Shown: in pieces, positions 13,212 to 26,460 of the stretch | Numbering within the stretch: position 1 is the first letter of the stretch | Layout: the number at the start of each line of letters is the position of its first letter | NCBI RefSeq assembly: GCF_026210795.1 | Contig: NC_089436.1 | Location: forward strand, 2,356,001 to 2,420,000 | Reading direction: 5' to 3' | Origin: Rhizophagus irregularis | Taxonomy: Eukaryota | Length of the DNA stretch: 64,000 bases | Translations under genes and position numbers: made by a program | The notes under the pieces: generated by a model | Told to the model about the DNA's origin: nothing | The model's input: the letters and a program-made list of their open reading frames with translations, nothing else | Databases searched by the model: none

Positions 13212-13324
13212 TTTTGAGGAGGCAAATAAAAATCCGAGTTTATAGATAGATGGAAATTCACGTGACACGTATATCTGTATTTAATAAGTGAATCGAGAAA
13301 TATTTTTGTCAAAAACTTCTTATC

Positions 13325-14816
13325 ATGTCCGATTTAGTATCCTATATAATTTGGGAAAAGGTACTTGTAAATCACTGTCGTTATTTTTTTTTTTTTACCA
13401 ATCTGTTATTTATATGTTGCGACCATAGCAAGAAGGACAATTATGTGCTCAGCACTGTTTAAATTCTCTTCTTCAAGGTATATAGATTTTATTTTTTTAT
13501 TTTATTTTATTTATTTTATTTTTTACAATTATAAACAATGTTTATTGGAAATGTTCTTATTATAGGAGAATATTTTACTGCTGTTGATTTAAGTGAAATT
13601 GCTAGAAATTTAGATCAGGCGGAACAAGCTGCTTTACGTGAAGGGACCACTGAACAACACGAGGACAACCGAAATGCTAATGCAAGCACAAGCCAAAATA
13701 TGGATGATTCCGGTATTTCATCAAAATTCATTTTAAAATTGGTCAATTTTCTGTATTTTATTAAATTATTTGTTTTATACAGGTTTCTTTTCTGTCCAAG
13801 TACGTAATACATTAATTTATGATTATCATAGATTTGAATTTTAGTTTTATTATTATATTTTTTCATCCTTTAATGCATTCATTTCATTTTATTTTATGTA
13901 GGTATTAAGCCATGCATTGAAAGTGTGGAATATTGGTAATTCATAAAATTTATAATAAATAGTGCATCCAATACTATATATTTAGTAGTCCTTATTAATC
14001 ACAAAGTGACTTGATTTAATCATAGATATAATACCAATTGGGTCTGAAGATGGCCGTATAGCAAAGATTCATCCAGAGTATTTATTAAAATAAATATGGT
14101 ATTCATTGTTTTATGTGTTTTTCATTACTATTGGTTAAAATACCCATGTATCCGGTTTCTATCTTTTCTCCTCTTATATTGTAGGGATGAATTAGCATAC
14201 ATATGTAATTTGCATGAACATTGGTGAGTCGAATGAATTTTTGATTATTTATATATAAAAGCTTATTATAACACACATACACATATATTTTTAAAAAAGG
14301 TTTACTCTTAGGAAATTTGGTGGATTATCATCACGTTGGTACAATCTAGACTCCCTTTTACGTGGACCAGAAAGCATCAGTCAGACATATTTGGGAATGT
14401 TGCTTAATCAATTGGAAAATGAGGGTAAATAACATGTAATAACATTGTTATGGGTGTCCCGCATTTTTTCTCAAAAATAATTATGTTTATAATTTTTACG
14501 TACTTAAGGTTATAGCATATTTGTGGTAAAAGGACAGTTACCTTCAAGTCAAGCTGATGAATATAGCAAATCTCTTCCAGATCCTAATTTACATCATATT
14601 CAAAAGAATCGACAAAATATAGATGAAATTGATCAAGCAATGATTGACGCTGCTATTGCAGCAAGTTTGGAAAATGATGTTAGTAATGATTTAATGAAAC
14701 CTTTTGAACAAAATTCTGGTGGTGAACCAATATCGTCTACAACTACCGAACAACCAACCATTGATGAATTGCGAGCGAAAAGACTTGCTAAATTTGATCG
14801 TGTTGGTGGGAATTGA
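13325..14816 (+). CDS. ATXN3: Ataxin-3-like Josephin-domain deubiquitinase with UIM and C-terminal p97/Cdc48-binding-like motif; many short exons
   Basis: EKQEGQLCAQHCLNSLLQGEYFTAVDL, NMDDSGFFSVQV, ICNLHEHWFTLRKFG, WYNLDSL; UIM-like AMIDAAIAASLE; ELRAKRLAKF. Confidence 0.9.
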
Positions 14817-15246
14817 TAATTTTTTTATCTATAAAAATATACTTTTTGCTAAGCAAAGAATTTAAATTTAATTAATTTCCCAATTAAGAAAAATGATTTG
14901 ATTTTAGCCGGAACTATATTACGATCGGCTAAATTGATTTTAAGTATGATTAACCTTTTTGGATCTGACTAAAATCCATGTCATAAGATAATAATTAAAA
15001 AAATGTAACAATGATGCTGTATAAAAAAAGATTGTTATTTACCTTTAATTAGTTCAGATTGTCATAATCTTTCTGCACGATAATTGCAGTTTAAACTTAA
15101 AGTGTGAAACATATATGCCATGGAGATCAATGATCACATTTGCATCGGCATTAGGTGTAACATCCAACTTACATAAAACTCCGAATCCCTTCAGAAATCC
15201 TTAATTTCTCGACTTTTTTATTAAATTATACAGCAACTTTATTACG

Positions 15247-15900
15247 ATGGATAGTTTTCAATTATGTAAGAACGAAGTAAACCAACCACAATCATTACAA
15301 TCTGGTGAATATCAATCATCTAAAACAGAAAAATTTGCATCATTACAAACGTCCACTACTATGTCAATCGTTTCTTCAGTGTCAGAACAATTACAAACTT
15401 CACAATATTCAACTATCAATAAGTCTGAGGTTTGTATTAGCACACCGTCTTCGCGGAAAAGGATTTCAAGAAACGCAGAAGCACCTAATGTAATTTGGAA
15501 GCCGCTGCTTCCGCGACCACCAACTCCCGTTGTACCTGCTAAGCGGCGATTACCAACACCACCACCTGTAATTTCTTCGGCTCCTGGAACACCACCAATA
15601 GAAGAGGATTCTAACTCACCGCCAGCAGATACAGATACACCTTCAACTGTAAAATCGGACTTAATGCCGATGCTATTGGAGGCAGCTGCGCATGCCGCTC
15701 TCCGAGATAAGCGTCAAGAACGTATGGTTAAAAATCGAGCTGCAGCTTATGAAAGCCGTAAAAGAAAGAGAGAAGAAGCTGAGAGATTGATGGCTGAAAA
15801 TTTGGAAATGAAATCTCATATCCGCGAGTTGCAACATAAGATCGCGGAGCTAACTGTAGAAAATGAACAATTAAAACAATTACTCGCAACAAAAAATTAG
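15247..15900 (+). CDS. bZIP transcription factor, single exon
   Basis: Basic region KRQERMVKNRAAAYESRKRKR followed by a leucine heptad zipper at the C-terminus of a 217-aa ORF. Confidence 0.88.
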   Translation: MDSFQLCKNEVNQPQSLQSGEYQSSKTEKFASLQTSTTMSIVSSVSEQLQTSQYSTINKSEVCISTPSSRKRISRNAEAPNVIWKPLLPRPPTPVVPAKRRLPTPPPVISSAPGTPPIEEDSNSPPADTDTPSTVKSDLMPMLLEAAAHAALRDKRQERMVKNRAAAYESRKRKREEAERLMAENLEMKSHIRELQHKIAELTVENEQLKQLLATKN

Positions 15901-16531
15901 AAAATTATCAGCGAGATTTCGATATCTTACATTATTGAATTTTAGAATTATGAATTCTTAAATTCTTTGTATTTTACTTTTCAATTTGTATATTTTGTAT
16001 TATTTATTTGATCGTTGTTAGATAGAGTGATGATAATTTTTAGTTTATTTTTTTTTATTTTTCCCTTCATGCACATGCACACTTCAAATCATGTTTTGGC
16101 ATATAATTTTTCCCGTGTATATTTGATGTGCTTGCTTATTTATTTTCTTTTCCAGATATTAAATCACTTACCGGGTAGCATAAATAAAAGTTTTAACCAC
16201 ATTATAATGATGTTTTTAATGCCTATGTTGTGTTACCCTCTACATGTAATAATGAAACCACAGAATTTAATCAATTTCTATAAATTATAGTGTCCAAATG
16301 AATAATTACATAATTACCAATGATATAAAAATTTGAGCAGATTTTATGCATAAATATTAATAAAAAAATATTTTCTTCCACAAGAATTCCAAAACTAAAA
16401 CTGATATAAAAATAATATACAAAGTATCGAAAATTCTAATAATTATGGATGTATTACGGATAATAATAGGGAATCATAATGAATTTCAAACAATGTCCAA
16501 ATCTTTGATAAATCATTATAATTTTTAGTAT

Positions 16532-19500
16532 TTATTCGGTATCTCTACGCCGATTCCTAGCAGCTCGAGGTTGCCTTGCTTGTACTGGCGGTATTGTTGA
16601 TGCAGCTAAAGGAACATCATCGTCTTCGTCATAATCATCTTCTGTTTGTATATATGGTCCATAACTTTCGTGATAAGAACCTCTGTGTCCGGGATCCAAA
16701 TATTGTTGGCTTCCCAAAAATCTACTTGACCTTGGATCTCCTGGAGGTCCAAAATGAGACTGTCGATGCAAGAAATCTCTTTCTCTTTCAACCATCATAG
16801 CTTGTTGTCGCTGTTCCATTAATCTGCGTTCTCTTTCTCTTTCAAATGCTCTCTCTCTTTCTAATTCCGCCTGTCTTGCCAATATCGAAGGTCCCATAGC
16901 TTTTCTTTGATTTTCTCTTGCAGTAATGGCTCCAACTAATCCTGTTTGTGGGTCTTTTTGTCTCTCCGGTAAATTAATTAAAGGTGTACCCATTTCTTTA
17001 GCCAGCATTTCTTGTTCACGAGCTGAAAGCTGAGATTGCGATATAGAATCTATCAAGCTCACTGGTCGATAATGATTTGGGTGATCATCATATCCATCAT
17101 CCAAATATATGGATTCTCGTGCATAATCTAATTGCCCACCACTTACACGCCTTCGACCAGCCATCATTTGTCCAGGGTTCATCATTGATCTAGGTCGTCC
17201 TCCAACCTTCATATAATCATCATCATAATACTCACCACCTCGAATTTGTGGTGGCATCATTACACTCCGCCTGTTGTCTGTTGATAGATACATGTTATCC
17301 ACATAATCACTTCCCGATCCCCATCTCTGGTTAGGTGGGTAATTTGGAGATACTGACCTAGGTGGGTAATTTGGAGATACCGACCTGGGCGGAGTATTGA
17401 AATTTGGCCTGACAAAATTAGTATTTAATCCACTTCCTTCCTCAACTAATGCAGCCAATGGCTCATCTGATGTTGATGACTGGTTATTCTCAGAATCATC
17501 ACTACTACTATCACTCGATTTACTTTTAACATGCCTTGTCGTATTCTTTAATTTATCTTTTTGCTTTGTTGGCTTAAATACTTTTGTTGTCCTGTTCAAA
17601 ACTTCATCGTCATCGTCATCATCAGAAGGTATGTTTTTCCCTTTTTTACTATCCTTTGTTTCAATTGCAGGTTCATTTATAGTATCAAAATTCAACGCGC
17701 TAATATCTATATCTAAACCACCTATTTCAAATTGATAATCATCTTGTTGACTGCTAAATTCCTTTTTGTTGCTTTTTATAGTATCTTTAACATTGGTATC
17801 ATTCTCTTGTTCACTATCTGCTTCTTCAGATGTAATCGGCTTTTTCCCTTTTGACCTTCCACGAAACTGTTCATCAGTTACATTTCCACTAGGAAGTATG
17901 TTACGACTACGTACAGGATTTCTTCTTGGTGTAACTATTCCTTCTGGATCGTTCTCAAAGTTTCCTTGAGGATGTAAAGGTTGTTGAATTTGTGGATAAT
18001 TTTTATCTGCATATTGGTTGGTTGAACTAATACCGCCACGAGGCTGCTTTGAACCAGGCCCATATTGTCCATAGGGAGGCGATTGCCGATAAGGTTTTTG
18101 TTGGAGTTGTGTATTCATTTTTTTTTTACCACTATCACTCAATTCTTCATTATCATCACTACTATCAGATGGCTGTGGTACAACCCTTGTCTTTTTCTTA
18201 TTTCCTTTACCCGGTTTGTTAATAGTCTGGCTAGATTTAACATTTTTATTTAAACTAGAATCTTCGCTACTATCTTCCTCGCTATTGTTTTCATCGCTAT
18301 TAGATTCATCATCACTATTACCACTTTCTTCGCTATCAGATGGAAGTGGAGCAAGTCTTCGTTTAGCTTTACTTTTTTGTTTGGCGGTGTGATTTTTGAA
18401 CGAAACACTTCTTTTAGGTTTAGATTTTTTTGTTGAAGTATCCTCTTGAATAGATTCATCTTTACGCTCAGCTACAGCAGTCATAACTTCAGACATAAAG
18501 TCACTATCTCCAAATGTTCCAAAGCTACTTCCAAAGCTAACAGACTCATCTGCTTTAGCCTTTAATAATTCTGCTTCAATTTCTGCGGTAATTTTCGCAT
18601 TTTCCTGTGTATTTTTTAAGAGTGTTGGGTCATCGTTTTCGTCATCATCATCATCAACATCATCATCATCAGATTTCCCGCTTTCACTCTGTGAATCTCC
18701 TTGCTGATCTTCCGATTCATCGCTACTGGCCAATTGTTTAGCTCTTTTACCTCTTCGTTTGTTCGATTGAGTAACTTGAGACGACGATGAATTTGAACGG
18801 TTGGTATTATTAGTAGTTGTAGGTGAATGTGGTGATATGGGGGTAATCGAAATTGGACTCCTTTGAGAACCTCCGGTCAGGGATACCATGGAATTAGGAC
18901 GTGAAGTTTGATTTATAGGTTTCAATGTAGACGGAGAATTTGAACTAGGTGTTGAAGAATTAGATTCATTTGAAAAGGTCCTTTGGCGATCATAATTATC
19001 CGATAAACCATCGGTCACAATCTGAGGAAGATTATGTGCACTTGTTTTCCTTGAGGATTTTTGATTTACATTTGGAGGTGGTTGTTGAGAATTATCATGT
19101 AATTGTTGTTGTAAATTATAAGATTGACGTAAAATTTCAGCGAATGCAGCTTTTACATCCGCTAACGATTCACGTATTTCAATATGTTTTACTTCGGGAA
19201 GATCTAAAAATAATTTAGTATTACTTCTACCAGTTGGCACGGCAAAAAATGGTGATACTGGATTTTTAAAATCATATAATAATTCTTTTGGTCTACCATA
19301 TAATTTGAAACTATCAAAAAAACCAAAAAGCCATTTTGACATTTCATTAAGTGAATCAGTTGTCAAAATAACAAAATCACCAGGTTTATTTTCAGTCGGC
19401 TTTGTAGGAAATAAAGTACCTTCAACACAGAAAGTGGCCGTTTTATCTATGATAGCGGGATCTTCAGGATAAATCGCGTAAGTTTGAAGAACATTTGCTA

Positions 19501-20317
19501 AAGTCATGAATGGTTTTTTTGATTTTTTTGATTCATAAAACAAAGCTTGTCCTCTAGTAAATGACAAATCTTTTTTCTTTTTATCTTCAACGCGATGATC
19601 CGCTACAACAACCCAATAAGTTTTAGGTTCAAAGTTACCAGCAAATTGCACTTGAAGATTACCTTCCAGTTTACCCTTTACTAACACAGATCCATTACCA
19701 AAATCTTTCAATCCAGGACGTTTAATTAATGTTGCTGTGAAAACTTCCTGTAATCTTGATCTTTCAAAACATGATAAACGGATTGCATTGACCCATAAAT
19801 TTAAAGTATTATTATCTGAAGCTTGTAAATATAATTTTTCACCTTGAATTAAATAAAGAAAAAACACGTGCATACGTTGGGATACATTATTATCTTCTAG
19901 AATAGATAGATCTACTAAACAATTAGGTAAATTTAATATAAGAGGAGCCTGGGATACTTCTGGTGTTTCAGAGTCGTGATTATTCGCTATCTTCCAAAAA
20001 CTTAGAACAGGACCACACAATTCCACGTAATATTCTATCCAGTCATCGCTCGAATTAGTGCTACCTTGGTTATTAATGATATCTTGCTTACACAAATAAC
20101 CTTCCATATATATTTTCCGTGAAAAAATATCAAAAAGATGTAAGACAGGTCGCATATCAGGAGTTACTTGATCGCCCTGAAAAGAAGGTCTTCGTGGTCT
20201 TGGTTTTTTTAAGGTAGCCGGACGAAGAGTGGTCGATCTCGGTCCAGGCCCAGTACTATACCTTTCTGATGTCCTTTTTGAACCCGTATTCAAGTTTTTT
20301 CTTGTAGATTCTGCCAT
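16532..20317 (-). CDS. PH-domain protein, Skg3/Caf120-like, with a long low-complexity C-terminus
   Basis: Uninterrupted 1261-aa ORF; KIYMEGYL...WIEYYVELCGPVLSFW...WVNAIRLSCFERSRLQEVFT and WLFGFFDSFKLYGRP resemble fungal Skg3/Caf120 PH regions. Family call is from memory. Confidence 0.7.
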   Translation of the reverse strand: MAESTRKNLNTGSKRTSERYSTGPGPRSTTLRPATLKKPRPRRPSFQGDQVTPDMRPVLHLFDIFSRKIYMEGYLCKQDIINNQGSTNSSDDWIEYYVELCGPVLSFWKIANNHDSETPEVSQAPLILNLPNCLVDLSILEDNNVSQRMHVFFLYLIQGEKLYLQASDNNTLNLWVNAIRLSCFERSRLQEVFTATLIKRPGLKDFGNGSVLVKGKLEGNLQVQFAGNFEPKTYWVVVADHRVEDKKKKDLSFTRGQALFYESKKSKKPFMTLANVLQTYAIYPEDPAIIDKTATFCVEGTLFPTKPTENKPGDFVILTTDSLNEMSKWLFGFFDSFKLYGRPKELLYDFKNPVSPFFAVPTGRSNTKLFLDLPEVKHIEIRESLADVKAAFAEILRQSYNLQQQLHDNSQQPPPNVNQKSSRKTSAHNLPQIVTDGLSDNYDRQRTFSNESNSSTPSSNSPSTLKPINQTSRPNSMVSLTGGSQRSPISITPISPHSPTTTNNTNRSNSSSSQVTQSNKRRGKRAKQLASSDESEDQQGDSQSESGKSDDDDVDDDDDENDDPTLLKNTQENAKITAEIEAELLKAKADESVSFGSSFGTFGDSDFMSEVMTAVAERKDESIQEDTSTKKSKPKRSVSFKNHTAKQKSKAKRRLAPLPSDSEESGNSDDESNSDENNSEEDSSEDSSLNKNVKSSQTINKPGKGNKKKTRVVPQPSDSSDDNEELSDSGKKKMNTQLQQKPYRQSPPYGQYGPGSKQPRGGISSTNQYADKNYPQIQQPLHPQGNFENDPEGIVTPRRNPVRSRNILPSGNVTDEQFRGRSKGKKPITSEEADSEQENDTNVKDTIKSNKKEFSSQQDDYQFEIGGLDIDISALNFDTINEPAIETKDSKKGKNIPSDDDDDDEVLNRTTKVFKPTKQKDKLKNTTRHVKSKSSDSSSDDSENNQSSTSDEPLAALVEEGSGLNTNFVRPNFNTPPRSVSPNYPPRSVSPNYPPNQRWGSGSDYVDNMYLSTDNRRSVMMPPQIRGGEYYDDDYMKVGGRPRSMMNPGQMMAGRRRVSGGQLDYARESIYLDDGYDDHPNHYRPVSLIDSISQSQLSAREQEMLAKEMGTPLINLPERQKDPQTGLVGAITARENQRKAMGPSILARQAELERERAFERERERRLMEQRQQAMMVERERDFLHRQSHFGPPGDPRSSRFLGSQQYLDPGHRGSYHESYGPYIQTEDDYDEDDDVPLAASTIPPVQARQPRAARNRRRDTE

Positions 20318-21441
20318 CGTACTCGAATCGGAAATCTGTTGTTTGATTTGAGTATAGATACTCTGTATTTCTTTTTTTGTAAAGGACGTTGTGGAGCTGG
20401 TAAAGATGACCAGCTACTTCCTGCTAAATGAAAGCTCAAGCTATGAAAAAAGAGAAAAAAAAAGGGTGTATATTATGGTTTTTATGGTTTTTTTTTATAA
20501 AAAAATATTTTAAATATAATTTTTTAAGTTGGATTTTATATCAAACCTGTACTGTAATGTGAGTCTGTGGTCACTTTCAGGTTTAGTGCATATCGTTAAT
20601 TACGTTGTTGACTAATTTTATTAAATAAAAAATGATTCGTTAAATTGTGGCAGTGGCATTTGTACAAACAAAAAATAAACTCATCTTCAATTTCTACTAC
20701 ATTTATATAATTATTTTAAAATTTTCATTATAACGGTATTAAAACTGTAATTTTTATTGTAATTATTGGACGAATTACGACTTATAAATACCCGTATTCA
20801 ATTTCAAACAAAAAAAGTAAAATAAAATCAATATATATCAATAATAAAAATATTTCTCCATTGTTTTGTTTCCTTACAATGCTACATTAGTTTTTTACGT
20901 GCGCGTTTTTATATAAAAAGCGTTAAAAAATATTTCCGCAGCTTAAAAAGATTGACTGGTTTTTTTTATATTTATATATTTTGCAAGTATAAATTTATAA
21001 ATTAAATTAATAAATAGCTTACTTACTTAACTGGTTTAGTGATCGTTCTCCCCATTGCAAAAATAAATACTCCCTATACAGAATGTGGTGCCACATTGAT
21101 GTCAGTTTGTTGACAATGTATAACTAAACCCTCCTTCCAAAATTCATTTCATCAGATATATCAAATATAATTAATATAATTGTATTATATTGTTGCAAAA
21201 TTTATAGTATTAACATAAATGGGTTGCCATGACGCTAATGGCATAAAACATGGCACATATCCGATTGCAAAAAAAAAAAATTTTGTAATACCTTATTTTT
21301 AATATATAATGTACAGTGATTTTAACTTTATTACTATACTACTTATTATTTTCGACCTCTCCTTTTTTTAAAGTAATATTTGCTTCGTTACTTTTAGCAA
21401 ATAATAATAAAAAAAAAATAAAAAAAAAGTTCGTTGTAGCA

Positions 21442-24400
21442 ATGTCAAGACTACCAAAATTACCTACGGTTAGCGGAATACCGTCTTCGGGTCTTCCTTC
21501 TCCAGCAGCAAAACGTCGTCCATCAACTGGCACTACAGGAAAATCAACACTTGCCCTGACTCCAGAACAGGAAGCGCTATTACAAGCGGCAATGGAAAAA
21601 TATAATCCAACGCCAGCTACCGAGTCGAATGAGAATAATCAAACTAGCTCTATCTCAACACTTGGAAATAGTCAAGCTAATTCATCACACTCAACGCCAG
21701 CTACGAATAATACGAATAACCAGTCAAATAGAAAACTTGGAAAAAAAACAAGTTTTACCAGAATGACGCGTCCAACACTTCCACCATTAACAGAAAAATC
21801 AGCTGCTATAAAACAAAATTCAACAATACAACAAACTCCTCACACAATGTCATCGAAATTAAATAATTCTGGATTGCCTGCATCAAATTTATCTTCACCA
21901 CTTCAACGTTCACTTTCAGGCCAAAATTCAACGTTGTCTTCGGCATCAAATCCCACTCATCAACGGTTACAGGCCATGGCTGCATCTCAACAACGTCCAG
22001 CTTCCCCTTCACTTTCCTTATATTCAATAGGTGAACGAGTTACTGTTGAGTCAATGAATATTTCAGGTACATTAAGGTTTTTAGGCCCAATTGACAATAA
22101 GTCTGGAACCTGGGCCGGAATAGAAGTAGATGTTCCAGGAACAGGTAAAAATGATGGGAGTGCTTTCGGGTAAGTTTAATTATTTTAAAATTGTGAATTA
22201 AATAAATTACTAATTAAATATTATGTATATGAGCAATTATTTAAAGAAGAGATGAAAAAAAGTTATTTTTTTACACATATTTATCATTAATGATTTATTT
22301 TTATTTTATCTACTTTATGTTGAAATTATTTTATTATTAGAAAATCCTACTTTACTTGTCCTCCAAACTCGGGTATATTTACTCTTTCATCAAAGCTTAC
22401 CAAATCTAAAGAAGCTGATGATATACCAAATTTACCACAAATCCCTTCAATTAACAAATCTTCTAATACCATACCACGACCACCTTCTACTTCAAGTAAT
22501 TCAAGTGAAAAAGCATCATCTGGTATACCATCATCTTTGGCTACACCAAATTTATCAAAACATGCTCAAAACGCAGCTATTGCTGCTGGTCGGATCACAG
22601 CCGGTTCTCGTGCTTCAAGGTATATTGGTGTCACAGCTTCCCAACTTAAACAGAGAAAGCCGTCGACTGTGTCCTCAACTCCTGATACTGCTCCTAACGG
22701 ACAAACGACTCCGTCTAGGACTAAACCAACGCCGACACTAGGACTCGTGAGACCTGGTTCTCTTCAAAGTTTAAAGTCACCATCCACACCTCCAACTAAT
22801 GGTAGACAATACCGCAACAGAAAAGATTCATCATCATCCACTGGATCGACTGTTTCTAAGGCGTCAGGTCTACCTCGTTCACGATCTGTTACACCGAACC
22901 CTCCAAATGAATCGCAGCACACTTCAGATAGTGAGAATACTATAACAACAGGTATTAAAGAAGAAATGAGTAACAAATCACTTCAAGAAAAAGTCCAAAA
23001 ATTACTGAGCGATCCTGATACCTCTGACAGTGTTCCCTTGAGTCTTTTTGATCAGCAAGCTCTTCGAATTCAACAACTACAAATGAAAATCGAGGTATTG
23101 GAAACCGAAAATACATATTTAAAACTTGATAACAAGAAATCGTTCACTGATACATCAGCTGGAATTCGAAGTTCTGATCAATGGGAAAAAGAGAAAAAAG
23201 CTCTTTTGGAAGAAAGAGATTTAAAAGAAAAAACTTTGAATGATAAAATATCAGATTTATCCAGGCAACTTCAAGAGGTTGCGAAAGGACACCATCATAG
23301 ACCAAGTACTTCATTGTCAATGATCGCCGATGATGATAACATGAGTGATAAAATATTACAATTGACTGAGTTGATTGAACAAAAAGATGAACATGTCAAA
23401 TCACTTGAAGAATCTCTTAACAAGGTAAATAAACAATCTAGTGAGTACCAATTAAAGATCAAAGAGCTTGAAAAAGTTGCACAAAATGAAGCTTCAGATC
23501 GCATTTCCCAGTTAGAAAAAGATATCCAAGGTAAAAAAAATGAAAATGATGAATTAAATTTAAAGTTTGACCAATACAAACTTGATTCAGAAAGTAAAGT
23601 AAAATCTTTACAAAAAACCATTGACGAGCTCAAGGCAGCAGGTCAAGAAACAATGAATATTTACGAAGAGAGAGTTTCTTCCTTGGAACAACAAGTTGAA
23701 GAATTAAAAAAGGCTGGTGTTGAAACAATAACTTTATATGAAGAGGCAACAGCTAGAATTGCTGAACGTGAAGATAAAATTAATTCATTGGAAAAGGAAG
23801 CAGAAGAATTAAGATCTGCTGGCGTAGAAGCAATAGATGTATATGAAAAAACAATCGAAGGAACCAAAAAGGAAGTTGAAGAATTGAAGAATCAATTAAC
23901 TAAAAAGGAGGAAACTATTACAACATTATCAAAAGAAATAGATAAATTACAGCTAGTACAAAAAGAGTTGGCAGAAGCTAAAGTCAAATTGGAAATGAAT
24001 GATAAACGAGAAGAAGGGCTTCGAAATGAATTAGCAGATTTACAGACTGGATTGGAACATATGATGCGTGCGGATGCAAAATCAAGAGAACGCATATATC
24101 AATTGGAAGATGATGTTCGTGAGTCACAAGCACTTGTTAATAGACAATTAGAGGAAATAAATGCTTTAAAAAATAATATGCAAAATCTAATGGGTGCAAA
24201 TAATAATGAAGAAATCGAAAAAGTCAAGGCAGTTTTTGAGGGAGATACAAAGAGGCTACAAGATGAATTGGAAGAGTTAAGAAAGTTTTTATCAGAAGTA
24301 CAAACTGAAAAACGTACTATTGTTAGTGAAGCGGATTCTTTAAAAGACGAGAAGAAAATGTTAGAGAGAAAACTGCAAGAGGGTGAACGCCAAAGAAACG

Positions 24401-26168
24401 ATATATCCTCTGAATTAGAAGCTTTGAAAGTTAGTATAAAACGAAATGAAGATGAAAAAAATCAAATTACCTCTCAATTAGAAGAATTGAAGGTAAATGT
24501 AACTAAGGTCGAAGAGCAAAAAAATAAATTAATTCAAGAATCGGAAATGGAGAAAAAGACGCTTGTTGAAGAGCATGAAAATGCCAAAAGAGAGTTGATA
24601 GAAAGTCGTGAAATTGCAGAAAAGGAATTAACAGCTGCTAGTGAAAATGCCAAAAAAGAATTGATGGAATCACGCGAAAATGCTAAAAAAGAATTGATGG
24701 AATCACGCGAAAATGCTAAAAAAGAATTGATGGAATCACGCGAAAATGCTAAAAAAGAATTAATTGAAGCACGCGAAAATGCTCAAAAGGAACTCGAAGC
24801 ATTACAGAAGCAACTTATTGATTTAACCAAGAAAGCCGAATATGCTGAACAACTGAAATCTGAATTAGAACTTAAAGCTCAAGAATTGAAAAAATTGTCT
24901 GAGGACTTTGAAGAAGTTAAGAATGAAAAGGAAAAATTAAAAGCTTCTCAAGAAGCACAAAATAATAGCGAAGTAAGCTCAACACAAAATCTTGAAGACC
25001 TCAAGATAGAGTATGAAAATAAACTTAATGTTTACAAATCGGAAAATGATCAATTAAAACAAAAGATTAAGGATTTGGCATTAGCTAATAAAAATATTCC
25101 TGATACCTTACGAAATACTACACAAGATTATGAAGAAAAAATTGTTGCGTTTGAAGAACAAATTTCTGGTTTGAAACATATAGTACATGAATTAACACGT
25201 GAAAATGTATCAATAGCTGGTGAAAATAAAAAGATATTGGCCGAACAAGAGAAATTAATGGAAGCCCACAAGCAGGTAGAAACCGAATGCCTTAAATTAA
25301 TGGATGAATTAGAACGTTTACACAGTGAATCGCTCAACGGACAAGGCGTATTAAGTTTAACACCACCTGAAGATTCATTTAATATTAATGGAATTAAATC
25401 TGAAGGGAATCAAGAGAGTTCTGAGGATACTCAGAGTGGTGAAGCATCACTGCAGGACAATAACGGACAACAAACTGGTGGTGATTTATCGCGTCTTCAA
25501 TCACTTTTAAACGAAAAACAGACACAATTAGAACGTTTGTCCTCGATGCATAATTCCGAAATACGCGAATTGCGCAAGAAAGTATCTGATTTAGAAAAAT
25601 CAAAACAACGAGAAATCAACATGTTGAATAAAGATGTAGCTGAATTAGAATCTTTAATTGAAAGTAAAATATTTCGAGAAGCGGATTTGGAGGAAGAAAT
25701 TCAACGTGAACAAAGAAATTCCAAACGATTAAAAGATGAAATTGAGGAATTACGAGAGCAAATAAACGAAATTAAGAGTTCAAATGGCGCAACAAATGTA
25801 CTAGAAGCTACACTTGTCGGCGATGGTATAATTTCTAATAATAATTCTGTTAAACCGATCGAAAAGTTAAAGGAAAACGGAACTTCAGGCTTATACTGTG
25901 AGATTTGTGAACAAGAAGGTCACGATATAATCAGTTGCAAAGCAGTATTTGGCTCGAATTCGGCAAATATAACAGAAGATAAAGCAGCCAGTAATGGTAT
26001 ACATAATGAAAGCATTACCGAAGAAAAACCGGTGAGTAATATAGTTTTTAGTGTTTATTGATCTTCATTCAATATATTGAAAAAATTTTTCTTTAGTATT
26101 GTGATAACTGTGAAGAATTTGGACTTCATTGGACAGAAGAATGCCCAAATCAAGATGAGACATTTTAG
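21442..26168 (+). CDS. CLIP-170/Bik1/Tip1-like microtubule plus-end protein (CAP-Gly, coiled coil, two CCHC knuckles), 3 exons
   Basis: CAP-Gly GTLRFLG...GTWAGIEVDVPGTGKNDGS...YFTCPPNSGIF split by an intron at ~22170-22340; long coiled coil; YCEICEQEGHDIISC and YCDNCEEFGLHWTEEC; ends QDETF* at 26168. Confidence 0.9.
24577..24790 (+). repeat. 33-bp coding tandem repeat (ENAKKELMESR) inside the CLIP-170-like gene
   Basis: Three near-identical units start at 24643, 24676 and 24709, with diverged units on both sides. Confidence 0.92.
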
Positions 26169-26344
26169 ATTGTTTCAGTTTGCAAGAGATATTTTAATAA
26201 CTACGAAACTTTAATGTTTTAATTGTATTATTTAATGCCTTTTATTTATATATATATACGATTTGGAAAGTCTTTTGTGATAATATTTTTAAAAAATTAT
26301 TTAAATTATTAGTTACTATCGTTTATTTTACCCTTTTACAATAT

Positions 26345-26460
26345 ATATTTATTTTTATTTTATTTTATTTTATTTATTTCATTTCATTTCATTTTATTTT
26401 ATTTTATTTTATTTTATTTATTTTTATTTATTTCATTTTATTTCATTTTATTTATTTTTG
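26345..26460. repeat. Low-complexity (TTTTA/TTTCA)n tract
   Basis: Imperfect pentamer microsatellite between two convergent genes. Confidence 0.8.

Noticed and set aside
22764..25603. Antisense ORFs over the CLIP-170-like, SF3B1 and PH genes
   Set aside because: These are shadow frames of long coding regions with biased composition and no recognisable motifs.
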